A DNA stretch of 64,000 nt from Dudresnaya verticillata (taxonomy: Eukaryota), in the NCBI GenBank assembly GCA_977862235.1, contig OZ374564.1, positions 124,001 to 188,000 of the forward strand, given 5' to 3'. Both the position numbers and the translations under genes were made by a program. Every line of letters starts with the position of its first letter. Positions within the stretch are counted from its first letter, which is position 1. Below, in pieces: positions 44,409-55,423 of this stretch. The notes beneath the pieces were generated by a model. The model saw only the letters and a list, made by a program, of their open reading frames with translations, searched no databases and was not told the DNA's origin.

Positions 44409-45413
44409 CTAATCCAACCGCGAGTAGTCCGACCATCCGGAGCCTTCGACAAGCTTCTGTGTCTTTCCAATGTACTTTGACATACCAGACACTGGCAGGA
44501 GCTTCGCCGCAGAAACCTCATCCGGGGTAACGATAACACTGCCTGGGGGCATCAACTGGTAGTCAACACCAACATCAGGGCCAAGTTCTTGTTCCACTAG
44601 GGAAATCGGCTCGAAGTCCTCCTGCTTCGCGGCGTTGAACGGAGGGCCATATTGCCAGAACGGAAGCTGGCTGATCAGTCCCATTGCCTTCCTACCACCG
44701 ACTGTGCTGGGCAAGCACGCGCCGGCAGCCCTCGCCTGCACCACACCAGCCATGGCAGTCGGATAAATTGCTGCAACGCTAGAAGCGCCAAATGCCGGAA
44801 TGGACGGGACATAAGTCTGCGCAGCAGTTTGTGGCTTGTAAGTCGGTGTAGAGATAAGCGAATCAATTGTGTGAATGGTGCCGTTGTCGCACTCCAAGTT
44901 GCTCGACTCAATCACAATCCTTGCACTGCCAATCCTAATAATCGGGCCCAAGCCTTCATACCCAAGCGGACCACCAGGAATATCCTCCCAAAAACCACAA
45001 CCCTTGATCTGTTTCGTCGTGAGCACGCGGCCGGGCAGAACATGGCGAGAGAGGACGGCGCGAGCCGCCTGAGGGTCGGCCATCAGATCATCAATGAAGC
45101 CGGGGCGAATGCGCTCAAAGGCGAAGTTATTCGGGGCGAAGACCGTGCATTGAGAGAAATCGAGATCGATGCAGCCGGCCGAGGAGGCCAGCTTGACCAA
45201 GATAGAAAATCTTGGGTCACTTGCGAGCGTTTCCAAAACAGTCTTTCCGAAGGCCATGCGCGGAGCCTCGCGCGCACCAGCGCGGGAAGAGCGCTGCGGG
45301 AGCTTCGAGCGCGAGGCAGATGGACCCGTGAAGGTGGTGCGGCGCTCGCATACGGCCTGTGATGCGCGAGTTGAGGACAGCACAGCTGCTGCTGGGGTTG
45401 AGACGAAAGCCAT
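44409..45413 (-). CDS. Plastid-targeted fasciclin (FAS1) domain protein
   Basis: MAFVS transit; TVFAPNNFAF (H1) and NGTIHTIDSLI (H2) FAS1 motifs; long Pro/Gly-rich C-terminal tail. Confidence 0.85.
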   Translation of the reverse strand: MAFVSTPAAAVLSSTRASQAVCERRTTFTGPSASRSKLPQRSSRAGAREAPRMAFGKTVLETLASDPRFSILVKLASSAGCIDLDFSQCTVFAPNNFAFERIRPGFIDDLMADPQAARAVLSRHVLPGRVLTTKQIKGCGFWEDIPGGPLGYEGLGPIIRIGSARIVIESSNLECDNGTIHTIDSLISTPTYKPQTAAQTYVPSIPAFGASSVAAIYPTAMAGVVQARAAGACLPSTVGGRKAMGLISQLPFWQYGPPFNAAKQEDFEPISLVEQELGPDVGVDYQLMPPGSVIVTPDEVSAAKLLPVSGMSKYIGKTQKLVEGSGWSDYSRLD

Positions 45414-46496
45414 TGTTGCTCTGAATACCTTTCCCGGGTCGGTTTGTTGGGTTGCGTAGCGCTAGGCGTAAAGGGTCTCGGCAGAGAATGCTGTTGGAGG
45501 GTCCAAGCAGTAGCGTTTGGTTGACGGGCAGAAAGCAAGGCTGCGGCAAAGGACAGTAGGGTTTCCGCAAGATGAAATCTGCCAAAAGCAAGCAGCTCGG
45601 GTGCACCTCGTGGAACGACATTGGGCTTGCCCTATTGAACCCGAATTCTGTTTTTCGGTAAAAGTTTGGGCAGGCAAGATCCTGACGGCTCCCAAGTGAT
45701 CCGGAGCTCTCTCTAATGCGGCCAACTATTGGACGCTTGGCGACTAATAATTGGCTTGTGGAGCCTTCTCTCTCATACTTGCGAGAGGATTAGTCTTTTG
45801 TTTGGGCTTCCGTGGGCTTTTTCATTCTCCCTCGCTTGCATTTTTGAGTTTGCTCAGTTCACGCGATCTCGACCTCGCTGGTAAGACTTATCCCTCCTCT
45901 ACACTTCATTCTACTTTGCCCCACTCCATTCTTCTGGCACATGGTCCTATTGACGCTTTTCGTGGTCCTGCTTAGTCCTTTTGTGCCTTTGGGAAAGGGC
46001 TTAAGCCTCCTGCATCCTTCACTCTGCAAGCCTTAACCCTTGTATGGGCTTTGCAGCTACTCTTTTCCGTCCCCGTCCCCTTCCCGTGCTATTCCGTGCG
46101 CTTATGCGGCCACATTCCGGTGAATGGATCCTCCAGCCGGGGATTTCTTGCAGAGCAACTCAGTGTGTTGCCCTATACTACTTCTCTTCGATGCGTCCGC
46201 CAGATCCACGAAGGCAGTGGACGACCAAAACCGGCCTCTCCTGAGGACTAGACTTGTCAGTTTGGATGTCCTGCCGGTTCATGACCTACCGCAAGTCGCT
46301 ATCATGGATGGCGCTGCTCCGGAACCAACTAACAATGGACATCGACCACACAATATTCTTTACTTTGCAAGGACACGCCGAATCAAGCAGACCTAAGCCC
46401 TTGTCTTACAAACAGTTCCTCTGACGGCGCATAAGGCCTTGAGCATGGTCCTCTAGTTGCACTGACGCCGTAAACAAATTAAACCACAACAGCACC

Positions 46497-48551
46497 TCAT
46501 ACCAAACCGAAAGCACGATCCTCCTGAAAGCCCAGCCGCCCATTATCAAACTGTACAAAAGCCGAGTCATCTCTACTGAGCATGTTCAGAATGTTCTCGC
46601 TTTCTGCATCTTGCCCTACTTCAGATCCACCGTGACCGTCGGTCGGACTTGCCAGCATCCAAAGATCATCCGGTGCCCCATGTCCGGTGGTGTCAAAAGC
46701 CTTCTGGTCTAGCGATGGCTTGGGTAGCAGCTCCTCAATACATACATCTCCATTCTGGATTGCTGAGCAAGGCTCATACACAAGACCTTCAGCGTTCTCA
46801 GTTAGAGACACGGGAGACTCATTCAGCAGAAACCCATTATCTGTTTCTATCGATTCACACCCTGGACCATGCGACAGCTGAACGAGTTGAGATTGTGAGC
46901 TGCCGCGGAATGAAGAACTTGCACTTGCGTAAGACGACCCAAGCAGCAAAGCATTCGGGTGTCTAGTTGAAGAAACATAAGACTGCTCCATTGGGTCTTG
47001 TTGCGACAGAGCAGAGTCCACTGAATTTCGATATTGTACTCCGCACAGTGGAGAGACATGGGTTCCTGGTTGAGCTTCAGCAATGACTTCCTGGGCTAGG
47101 GTGGTCTGCGATTGGTAAGTATTCACCATCGTCAACTGCTGTTCCACCCCTATCCTGTCGTTAAGAATCCCAATGCTTTCGATGCCCGTCGGAAGCGCTC
47201 TAGCACGCCCCGAGTTGTTTTCTTCGCCTTTTCTTGTCTTCTCTATTAACCGCTTCTGTATATTAGAGTCACTCGTCTTCACACGTTGGTTGAGGGGGGT
47301 GCTTTGAGACTTCGGTATGTTCATGCTGCGCTTTGGGGCCTCTGTAACTACTATCGCAGAAGGAGGCTGTGTCACGGTCCTTCCGCTGTCGGGACTATCT
47401 TTCTTCCCAATGTTCTGCTTTTTCCTGGCCGGCCCATTCTTCTGACACTTCGAACGATCTCCATCGGTCTTGCGTTTCCTATGGTTAATAAGCTTCATTC
47501 TCCTACGATCAGATGTGCGGTTGTAAATCACACACTGGGCCCTCTGCGGGCACTCTCCCCTGCAATGGGGACACTCCCAGGTACCTGGCGCAGCTGCTCT
47601 GGCAGCTTGCAAGTCCCACCGGAACTGATGAAAGCATTTCGTGCATATGGTCTTTCTGCAACGTCCCTTCAATAGGTTACCACATACTTGATGAGGAGAC
47701 CCTTCGGTAGGCCTCCTTGAACAAATATGGCAATGCTGACTAGGTACAGCTTGAGAATATGTTCGTGGCTTTCTTTTCTCTGTCTTTTTTGGAGTTGGTG
47801 CTGCTGGCGTTCCTGCATCGGAGGATACTGTGGGTCTAGAGACAACAGTTGTTGGTTGCTTTTGTTCGCCCTGTGGCAAGTATGACTTTTCTTGTCCCTG
47901 AACATCAACTAGGGCTTGGGCTTCAATTTTGTCCGAGGTTGCTTCTTCACCAAGCAACTGTTTTGTTGATTCTGCAACTACTGGCACATGATTTGGCCTT
48001 TGAGTTTGTTGCTTAGCATCCGGAATGCTCCTCATCAAGTCGTCAGTCCCGAGAAAATGATCAATAAACTCCGCTATATCAACTTCTGTCATCTTCAGAG
48101 GGTATTCATCTTCATTGATGCTACAATTCTGAAGACCAGATGCACTGACTTGCTGGCCGTTAGATGTGAATTCCGGGAGGGTATAAAGCATGGTTGCTTC
48201 TAGAGCTTGCTCGTGTTCATCACATATATCATTGGTAGGGCTCACTTGATTGGAATGGCCGTTGGACACATTTGCAGGATTCTCAAGAATGGTGTCGTCA
48301 CTCAGAATAGAACTCCCATTGTCCTGGTGATTCATGTTGGCGCATGAAACAGTGTGATGTGGCGAAAGCGGCAGACCCTCACTCATATCAGCATCAGCGG
48401 TTAAAGCAGCATCGTGGCTCTCCGTTCTACTCAAAATGACAAGCGAGGTGTCTATTTGGCCTTGAATGGCCCCTGGGGGTTTTCCCACGGTGCCGACCGC
48501 AGGATCTAACGTTGGGATAGACTGTTGTCGGTCCGGCATTATCGGGGGCAT
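46497..48551 (-). CDS. Largely disordered protein with a central Cys-rich zinc finger (zf-4CXXC_R1-like)
   Basis: CHIC..C..CRKTICTKC..WECPHCRGECPQRAQC flanked by basic NLS-like KRKPR and HRKRK. Confidence 0.8.
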   Translation of the reverse strand: MPPIMPDRQQSIPTLDPAVGTVGKPPGAIQGQIDTSLVILSRTESHDAALTADADMSEGLPLSPHHTVSCANMNHQDNGSSILSDDTILENPANVSNGHSNQVSPTNDICDEHEQALEATMLYTLPEFTSNGQQVSASGLQNCSINEDEYPLKMTEVDIAEFIDHFLGTDDLMRSIPDAKQQTQRPNHVPVVAESTKQLLGEEATSDKIEAQALVDVQGQEKSYLPQGEQKQPTTVVSRPTVSSDAGTPAAPTPKKTEKRKPRTYSQAVPSQHCHICSRRPTEGSPHQVCGNLLKGRCRKTICTKCFHQFRWDLQAARAAAPGTWECPHCRGECPQRAQCVIYNRTSDRRRMKLINHRKRKTDGDRSKCQKNGPARKKQNIGKKDSPDSGRTVTQPPSAIVVTEAPKRSMNIPKSQSTPLNQRVKTSDSNIQKRLIEKTRKGEENNSGRARALPTGIESIGILNDRIGVEQQLTMVNTYQSQTTLAQEVIAEAQPGTHVSPLCGVQYRNSVDSALSQQDPMEQSYVSSTRHPNALLLGSSYASASSSFRGSSQSQLVQLSHGPGCESIETDNGFLLNESPVSLTENAEGLVYEPCSAIQNGDVCIEELLPKPSLDQKAFDTTGHGAPDDLWMLASPTDGHGGSEVGQDAESENILNMLSRDDSAFVQFDNGRLGFQEDRAFGLV

Positions 48552-48962
48552 GGAAGGTCGAGAGCTGGAAAGCACCCAGTTCAAATGTGCCAGCTCGCCT
48601 AAGGGCTTGCTCCCTAAAAACTCTCAAAGGCGCTCGGGGATAAAAGGTCCTAGGCATAGTTTGGCTTTGGGTCAAGCACGTGTTTTTGTAGCTCTGAGAA
48701 GTAGTTCTTGTGCAAGCGCAGGTCGCAATTCACCGGTAATGCAGTCTACTCAATTGCATTCCCTAAGATGAGCTCAGGAACAGGGCGAAGCGTCCCAGCC
48801 GCATAGACGTCTGCCAGACTGAGATTAGTGCTATTTGCAGGAGAGCCGGAAAGACTGTTTCCGCCGTTTGCAGTGGCTTTCCATGAATGCGATTGCTGAC
48901 TTGAAAAGATGATGAATCGATTCAATAACAGAACCAAGGCAAGTTTTGACGAGAAATTTTCA

Positions 48963-48989
48963 GGGGGGGGGGGGGGGGGGGGGGGGGGG
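48963..48989. repeat. Poly-G tract
   Basis: About G27. Confidence 0.9.
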
Positions 48990-50179
48990 TAGGGGGTTGC
49001 GCGTCAGTGCGCGTCGCGTCTGTCCCTCCTGACAATGAGGGGCCATTTGATGCCGAAATAGGCAAATGCAGTCGAGGGAGGGGAACACTCTGTGATGTCA
49101 GGAAGAGGTTGATGTTTTGGATAGATGTATGACGTGTACACGTCCCAAAGAGGCGTCCAAAACCACTTTCCTTCCCCAGCGGCTTCCCGCTCCCAGTATG
49201 TCAGCAAATACCGGCAGAGGAAAAGAAAGTCAGGGTTGCGCCACCAAGCAAATGAGTGGCTCCGGAGAGACAAATTTACCCTCAAATCGATCGGACGTAC
49301 GGATGTACATTAACAGAGGAATTGCGACGCGGTCATGTGGCACAGCGTTTACTGTTTCTTTGAAGACATTTGTAGGTAGGAGAATGAATGCAAAGTTGGC
49401 TGGCGGTGCTCGGAAGATGCTGCAGAGGTATTTTCCCAAGCGGTTCTTTCTCTTATTGCTCATCAGCAAGGGTAGCACTTGCGAACATTGGACGTGTTTT
49501 GCAGCGTTTTGAACGATCACGAAGGAATTTTTGATCTGGATCGCTTAGGAATGGCTTGATGGAAAATGGGACCCATGTTTGTCAGCAGGCCTGGTCAGTA
49601 GGTTCTGCAAAGCGCAACAGTTTGGAAAAGTATGGGTCCCTCGGAGCACGGCAACGATAAACCTGAATAGAACACCTGCCACATTGTCTGGACATAGGTA
49701 TGTTGACAGAGGATGCGAAGTACGCAGAAAGGGTACCTCCTGTAGCAGACCTGAGCCCGGAAGGAGTCGGAGCTCACTATTCCTTTGTTTGTAGACGCGA
49801 AGTGGTTGGACTTGTGTGGCTCAAAGAGCCAAGAGTCTTTTCTGTACCGCTTGCCACGCCACTCGGCACCCAACGAAAAGATCTGCGACGCGGGGCGGCG
49901 TTTCACATCGCGAACCGTCACTCCCGCAACGTTCACTCCGTGCAATACTGGTAGCTGCACTGGATGCATATGGTTGGCTGAATTAGATCTGCGGGATCTT
50001 CCAATTGCATTACACTGTAATCACTCTCGCTTGACCGTTACGCCTTTCACCTTGCCGCTTCCCTTCCTCATACTCCTCGACACCCTCGCCAGACCGGGCG
50101 GGCGGGGTCCGAACCCTCTTCCCGGTATTCTGTCGGGGCGCTACCACCAGCGTCTGCTCGCAAGAAGCTGCATCTCACT

Positions 50180-52810
50180 ATGGAATCTGCAAGTATCCCA
50201 GGAACGCTTGCGGCGGAGGACCCGCCGCTGCCACAGCCACCATCTCCACTACTGCCGCGGCCACCGTCTCCACCGCCGGCGCAAGCACCCTCCACGGCAT
50301 CCTCACGCGAACAAACACTTTCGCAGCACGCGATACATCTCGCAGCGCGCACGCGCGCACAGGACCAGCGTGCGCAGGAGCTCTCCATGGCGGAGCACCG
50401 CCTGTCGCAGCAGCGCACTGAGCTGCATTCTCGCCTCGCCGCGCTGGACCGCCTCGAAACCGGTATACGAGCGGAAATGGCAGCCTTTTTGTCGGACCTA
50501 ACTGCGCGACAGGAAAGCATTTTGAAGAGAGAGAATGAGCACGCTACCGCAGAGGCAGACCTTCGCCGCAGGGTCTCGGCCTTGCGCACTGTTCTCCGCC
50601 GTGATGCAGACGTACGTCGAGAATTGCACGAACGCCGCACAGAACTTGTGGAGCTTGCGCGGAGAGCAGAGGATGCTCAACTTATCATCCAAGAGGCTCA
50701 ACAGAGGAGCAGGACAGTAGCGGAGGAGAAGGGTGCTGTTGACGAAGCAAACCGGAAGGCGACGGCGGACAAGGCTGCTTTGGCGAGAGCGGCAGACCGA
50801 TTGGAGGCAGCCGAGACTGCGGTAAGGCGCAGAGAGACGCTTCTTGCGGAGCAAGAGGGCGCAGTGCAGTTAGCAGAAGCACGATGGGGACGTTTTGGGC
50901 AGTGTGCTGCAGTTGTCGCTCCACTGCGCTCGTTCCTGACAGAGTATGCCGGCCTATGCGCTGTTGATGGCCAATCCCTTAGCGACGAGTTCGTGCCGGA
51001 TGAATCCGACCCCGCTGCGGTGGCAACCCGGGCACTATCTGTTTTGCGCGAGTTGCGTGCAGTCTCGGTTGGTATCGCGAAGAAAAGGCAAGAGGTTGAG
51101 CGGCAAAGTCGCAGCATGGCGGATCGCGAGAGGCGAGTCATGCAACGGGAAAAGGGCCTTATGGTCAAGGAGGGTGTTGTGAAGGACACAGAGGTGAGAC
51201 TTACGGGATTGCGAGACGAGTTTAAGAAGCGTGAAGGCGAGTTAGAGGATGCTTGGCGGGCCGTGGATGAAGCACGCGAGGAGAACGAACGGAGAGAAGA
51301 GGCGATCCGGGGACGTGAACGAGCATTGATACAGTCAGAGGATGCGGTTCGTCGCCGTGAGAAGGGCCTAGAACAGTCTGGGAAGGCTCTAGCAAGACGT
51401 GAGCGGAGTATCCGAAGAACGCTCGAGGCTGTCACGGAAAGAGAACGCGCGCTTGAGAAGCAGGAACAGGAGATCGAGGAAGAGAAAGCAGCCCTGCGAG
51501 CGCTCAAAACGACTATTGAGATGAAGGAGAACATGCTGGAAACCAGAGATCTCGAGCTGATGGTACGGGAGGGAAAGAAGAATGCTGCGATGGATGCTCT
51601 GCTCGAGGCCTCTGTGAAGAAACGAAAACGTGGAGCTAGTCGCCTACAGCATTCAGTGTCAACGCGCGAGTCTGGGTCTGGGCCTCCTTCTGTTCCTGAT
51701 ACTTTGGTAGAAGAGGCTTCGGTGGCTCCGAGAGGTCGCACTGGAAGGTCCGAACAGAGCAATAAGAAACCCTCACCAGAGGAGCAAGCAGAGGTAGAAC
51801 CACCGGTAGAGCTTCCATCCGAGCCTGCAGCGCCGGACACTGTGCGGCGACAATTGGCATTCGATTCTACTGTTCCTCGTGGTGCTCAGCAGAAGCCAAG
51901 TGATAACCAGGATAATGCCGGTAGTGTGGGTAAAGGGCAACCAGCTAATCCTGAAGGCGATGATGGAAGCGAAGCTGCCGCTGATGAGCTACTACCGGAA
52001 TTGTTGAGTGCTCGTGGGTTGTGGAGAGAGCGTATCGGGCGGCTCGAAGCAGTTGTTGAGAACATGCGGGAAACTACATGGTCTCTCAAACCACAGGTCC
52101 AGCCCGCATTGTCAGATGTTTCGTCGAAGCTTCAGGAAATCCGACTGCAAATTGAAGCCCCGACTCAACAAGGACCTGAGTCTGCAAAGTTGTCATACAT
52201 GATAGAGCAGCAACGGCAAGTGCAATGGGGAGCTCTCATGCGAGCCCAGTTGGATATAGTGCGCGACCTACAGGCTGGGATGTTGATCTCGATTAACAGA
52301 GAGGAAGATGCTCTCGCCGGTGGTGTGCTCACGCAAAAACCGCAAGAGGTTGTTTCTGAGAGCACCGGAGGTACTGGGGATGGATCTGTTAGTGAAGACG
52401 AAAGTCGTTCTACTGTTTCCGCTCCGCGCAGACCAAGTCCAGGGGAGGAAAGCTCTGTGGAGGCGACATTGGATGTAACTGGCAAGGGTGGCTACATGGA
52501 TGAAGCGTTAGACATAACGGAGGACCTGGGTGCGATGGCGACGTCTTTTCAGGAGTTTCGGCGGACTATGCAGATACGAGGCTCGCAGGAAAGGGGTAAC
52601 AATGGGGTGTACCGAGGCCGAGTTGTGGTTACTCGAGGGTCCACTCGTAGACTCGACGGACCCGCCTCTCGACGAAGGGAAGCAGGCATACCGTCGCAAC
52701 CAGCCATACTAACAGACGATGCCAACACTGGTGAAAACCTTCTTGCTGAACTCGCAATGATCCGAAACGAGCTTCAGACAATTACTGGTGCAGAGCCAAC
52801 GGCAAGCTAA
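50180..52810 (+). CDS. Long coiled-coil protein of unknown function
   Basis: 876-aa ORF with Pro-rich N-terminus and extensive E/R/A-rich heptads. Confidence 0.85.
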   Translation: MESASIPGTLAAEDPPLPQPPSPLLPRPPSPPPAQAPSTASSREQTLSQHAIHLAARTRAQDQRAQELSMAEHRLSQQRTELHSRLAALDRLETGIRAEMAAFLSDLTARQESILKRENEHATAEADLRRRVSALRTVLRRDADVRRELHERRTELVELARRAEDAQLIIQEAQQRSRTVAEEKGAVDEANRKATADKAALARAADRLEAAETAVRRRETLLAEQEGAVQLAEARWGRFGQCAAVVAPLRSFLTEYAGLCAVDGQSLSDEFVPDESDPAAVATRALSVLRELRAVSVGIAKKRQEVERQSRSMADRERRVMQREKGLMVKEGVVKDTEVRLTGLRDEFKKREGELEDAWRAVDEAREENERREEAIRGRERALIQSEDAVRRREKGLEQSGKALARRERSIRRTLEAVTERERALEKQEQEIEEEKAALRALKTTIEMKENMLETRDLELMVREGKKNAAMDALLEASVKKRKRGASRLQHSVSTRESGSGPPSVPDTLVEEASVAPRGRTGRSEQSNKKPSPEEQAEVEPPVELPSEPAAPDTVRRQLAFDSTVPRGAQQKPSDNQDNAGSVGKGQPANPEGDDGSEAAADELLPELLSARGLWRERIGRLEAVVENMRETTWSLKPQVQPALSDVSSKLQEIRLQIEAPTQQGPESAKLSYMIEQQRQVQWGALMRAQLDIVRDLQAGMLISINREEDALAGGVLTQKPQEVVSESTGGTGDGSVSEDESRSTVSAPRRPSPGEESSVEATLDVTGKGGYMDEALDITEDLGAMATSFQEFRRTMQIRGSQERGNNGVYRGRVVVTRGSTRRLDGPASRRREAGIPSQPAILTDDANTGENLLAELAMIRNELQTITGAEPTAS

Positions 52811-52868
52811 TTCCAAAGAAACTCACAATGCCCACGATTTATGTAAACCAGACACTCCGCACACAACC

Positions 52869-53480
52869 CTACTCCTCGATGGTGACAGTGTGCAGTCCCT
52901 TAAACGAAGAGACTTGGACGAAGCTAGCGAGGGTGTAGAGCGGCTCCTTGGCATCCTCGTCGTCGTTACGCTTCCGGGACAGGCGAACGCGAATGCGGTA
53001 CGGGACGTTACGGACGCCAGTCTTCCAGATCTCCTTGTTGAGGCGGGTGTCGACGCGGACATCAGACGTGCCCATCATCTTGGTGGCAAAAGCGCGGATG
53101 AGCTTGATGGCGCGCGGAGCCTTGCGCTTGTAACCGTACTTGCGCAGCTTCGGGTGCAGATGGATGGTATAGTCGCGGGTGACCACCTCCGAGCCTCTTG
53201 GCTTACGATCCTTGGTCTGTTCGTTCGTTTCGCAAAAGAGAACGTTGGTCAGCATTTGTGTGCTAATTGAGTCGGCAGGCTAAGAAACAACAGCCTCCGC
53301 TGAAACAGTGGCGGACATATTTTCGCTAGCGCAGCGACCGGTCTTGCTCGCTTGCGTTCGTCACCAGGAGGTGACACAGGAGCACGGCATGCAGCTTCGC
53401 GCTCGCTTGAAAACTTCTTCCCACGCTTACGGGGGCCGCATGGATAACCTAGAGCATGAACGGGGTTGCGAACTTACCAT
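52869..53480 (-). CDS. RPL31: 60S ribosomal protein L31; 2 exons (ATG 53480-53478; 53216-52869)
   Basis: [54 protein letters not shown] donor, GCTGAC branch point, CAG acceptor. Confidence 0.95.
53217..53477 (-). other. Spliceosomal intron (261 nt) directly after the RPL31 start codon
   Basis: GTAAGT...GCTGAC...ACAG; splicing gives [13 protein letters not shown]. Confidence 0.9.
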
Positions 53481-54131
53481 TTTGGCGTACAAGGGAGGGG
53501 CGGGGAATGAAAGGGAGCGACTTTGACGCGGTTGATGCAGGTGCGGAGGTGATGCAAGCTGCGCGCTGCGCGAAGAAAGACCAAGGCGATCAAGACCAGG
53601 GCCGACCGTCGATGCGGATCGGCACTGCTCGGCGCCGCCGGTGTCGGGACAGTTGTCCCCTAAATCGGAATAGAAATTACATGAACAAAATCGCAATTGC
53701 CTCTCGGATAATTGCTGCGTCCAACAAAGCAGAACGAACAGACAGCCAATTGGTCGTAATGCAGCCAGTTAAGAGACACCACCTGGCAAGAAGCCCAACA
53801 CAGGTATCCTCTCGCTGCGCATCGAACGGCGTGCAACAATCCAACACCAATGCAGTCAATAGCCAACGAGGTCAATCTTCATCTTCCGATCTCATGACTG
53901 GCGTATTCGCCTGTGGGCGCACAGACCTTCTGTCATCAGGGCCACTTATTTGTTGTAGGCCGCGTCCTTCGAGGCACTTCAGCGGTAGCAGTGCAGCTGT
54001 ATTTACAACGGCAACAGAAGAAAGTCACAAGGTATTGCGCACAGCTAGCCACAAGGCCCTGCCAGCGTCGGGCTTCGTGCTGGTTGGGCAACATCCCACG
54101 GAATTCGCGCAGCGACATCGGGTACGCCGAA

Positions 54132-54857
54132 ATGCCCGTCTCTCCCACAGTGGCCTTTCAGGTTGCGGCCGCAGTCACAACTACAAGACTGCGCCATACT
54201 CTCCTGCCCTCCCCACAGCGCCCATCCTACGTCGTTCGTCGACTGCGTCCACCAAGCTACGTACGACCAATCATGCTAGCAGTGCCCGACCCAACAACCG
54301 TACTCCTGGAGAAGGAGGTGCGCGTCCCGTCGCAACTTCCATCCGACCGGCATCACCCGGTCAAAGTTACGCTTCGAGGGGAAGCATTTCCAGCGCGACG
54401 TCGGCGCGTCGTTGGTGGCGTGGATATCCCCGTCTCCAAAGAGCGAGTGTGGGCGGTTATCACTGCATATACGCGCATCGCCGAGTATATGCCGAACATT
54501 ATCTCAAGTACTGTTGAACAGAAGGACGGCCAGATTTTCTTGGACCAAGTTGGCTTGCTATCGAGAAAGCTGGGGTTGCGGAGCAAAATGATCGTACGTA
54601 TCGAGGAGGACCATAAGAAGAGCGAGATTACCTTTGAACGTGTCAGTGGCAGAGATTTTGCGCAGTTTGTTGGAAAGTATTTTGTCACGGAAGGGGCGAA
54701 TGGTACGGTGAGGCTAGACTATGAAATGGATGCTGTGCCTTTCCCATTGTTTCCAATGTCCATGGTGGAGAGAAAGATGTTCAAGGAAGTTCCGAAAATG
54801 CTCGCTGCTATTCGTGAAGAGGCCATCGTAGGAAGGGTCATAAAGGAACATCTATAA
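54132..54857 (+). CDS. SRPBCC / polyketide cyclase (START-like) domain protein, probably plastid
   Basis: VWAVITAYTRIAEYMPNI, ITFERVSGRDFAQFVGKY, VRLDYE; N-terminal MPVSPTVAF transit-like segment. Confidence 0.85.
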   Translation: MPVSPTVAFQVAAAVTTTRLRHTLLPSPQRPSYVVRRLRPPSYVRPIMLAVPDPTTVLLEKEVRVPSQLPSDRHHPVKVTLRGEAFPARRRRVVGGVDIPVSKERVWAVITAYTRIAEYMPNIISSTVEQKDGQIFLDQVGLLSRKLGLRSKMIVRIEEDHKKSEITFERVSGRDFAQFVGKYFVTEGANGTVRLDYEMDAVPFPLFPMSMVERKMFKEVPKMLAAIREEAIVGRVIKEHL

Positions 54858-54963
54858 CTTGGCCCGCAGGCCCGTGCTATCAGATAATCAAGTCATCGTA
54901 GGAAGGGTCATAAAGGAACATCTATAACTTGGCCCGCAGGCCCGTGCTATCAGATAATCAAGT
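54824..54963. repeat. Exact 70-bp tandem duplication spanning the cyclase stop codon
   Basis: 54824-54893 is identical to 54894-54963. Confidence 0.95.
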
Positions 54964-55423
54964 CGGATACCGCACCTCTGTGGCTTCCCGTCTGCAGCAA
55001 ACAGTTGTAATCATAGTGACTTCGTTGGCAAAGGCGACTGGTATTTTGGGGGTCATGCAAGTTGGCGAAAAGAGAAGGAGGCAGTCAACCTGAATGCCAT
55101 GATGCGCGAAGGGTATTGGAGCTTCGGTATAACAGATTCCGTTACACCCTGAAGAAGAATATCTTCTTATTGTGCAGAAATATATTCCCCCTCGCAAAGC
55201 TGCCTAGGATGCATTGTTATGAAGTTTCTCACACGCCTCTAACTTACTGTCTGCCGCAGACTATACACCGTAAAGGCTCACGTGTACTAACGAAGCAGAA
55301 AGCTCATCCATAAACCAACATACGAAAATCGTCAAAAGCCACAGTGTCTCCCGATCCAGTTTAGTCACATGGAACCACAATGATATCCATACTCAAGCAG
55401 CAATGCTTTCCACATTACTGTAT

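Noticed and set aside
50698..51840. Long antisense ORFs (also 8160-9035, 58085-58837 and similar)
   Set aside because: Shadows of well-supported genes on the opposite strand
53217..53477. snoRNA in the RPL31 intron
   Set aside because: Only short hairpins; no convincing C/D or H/ACA box arrangement by eye
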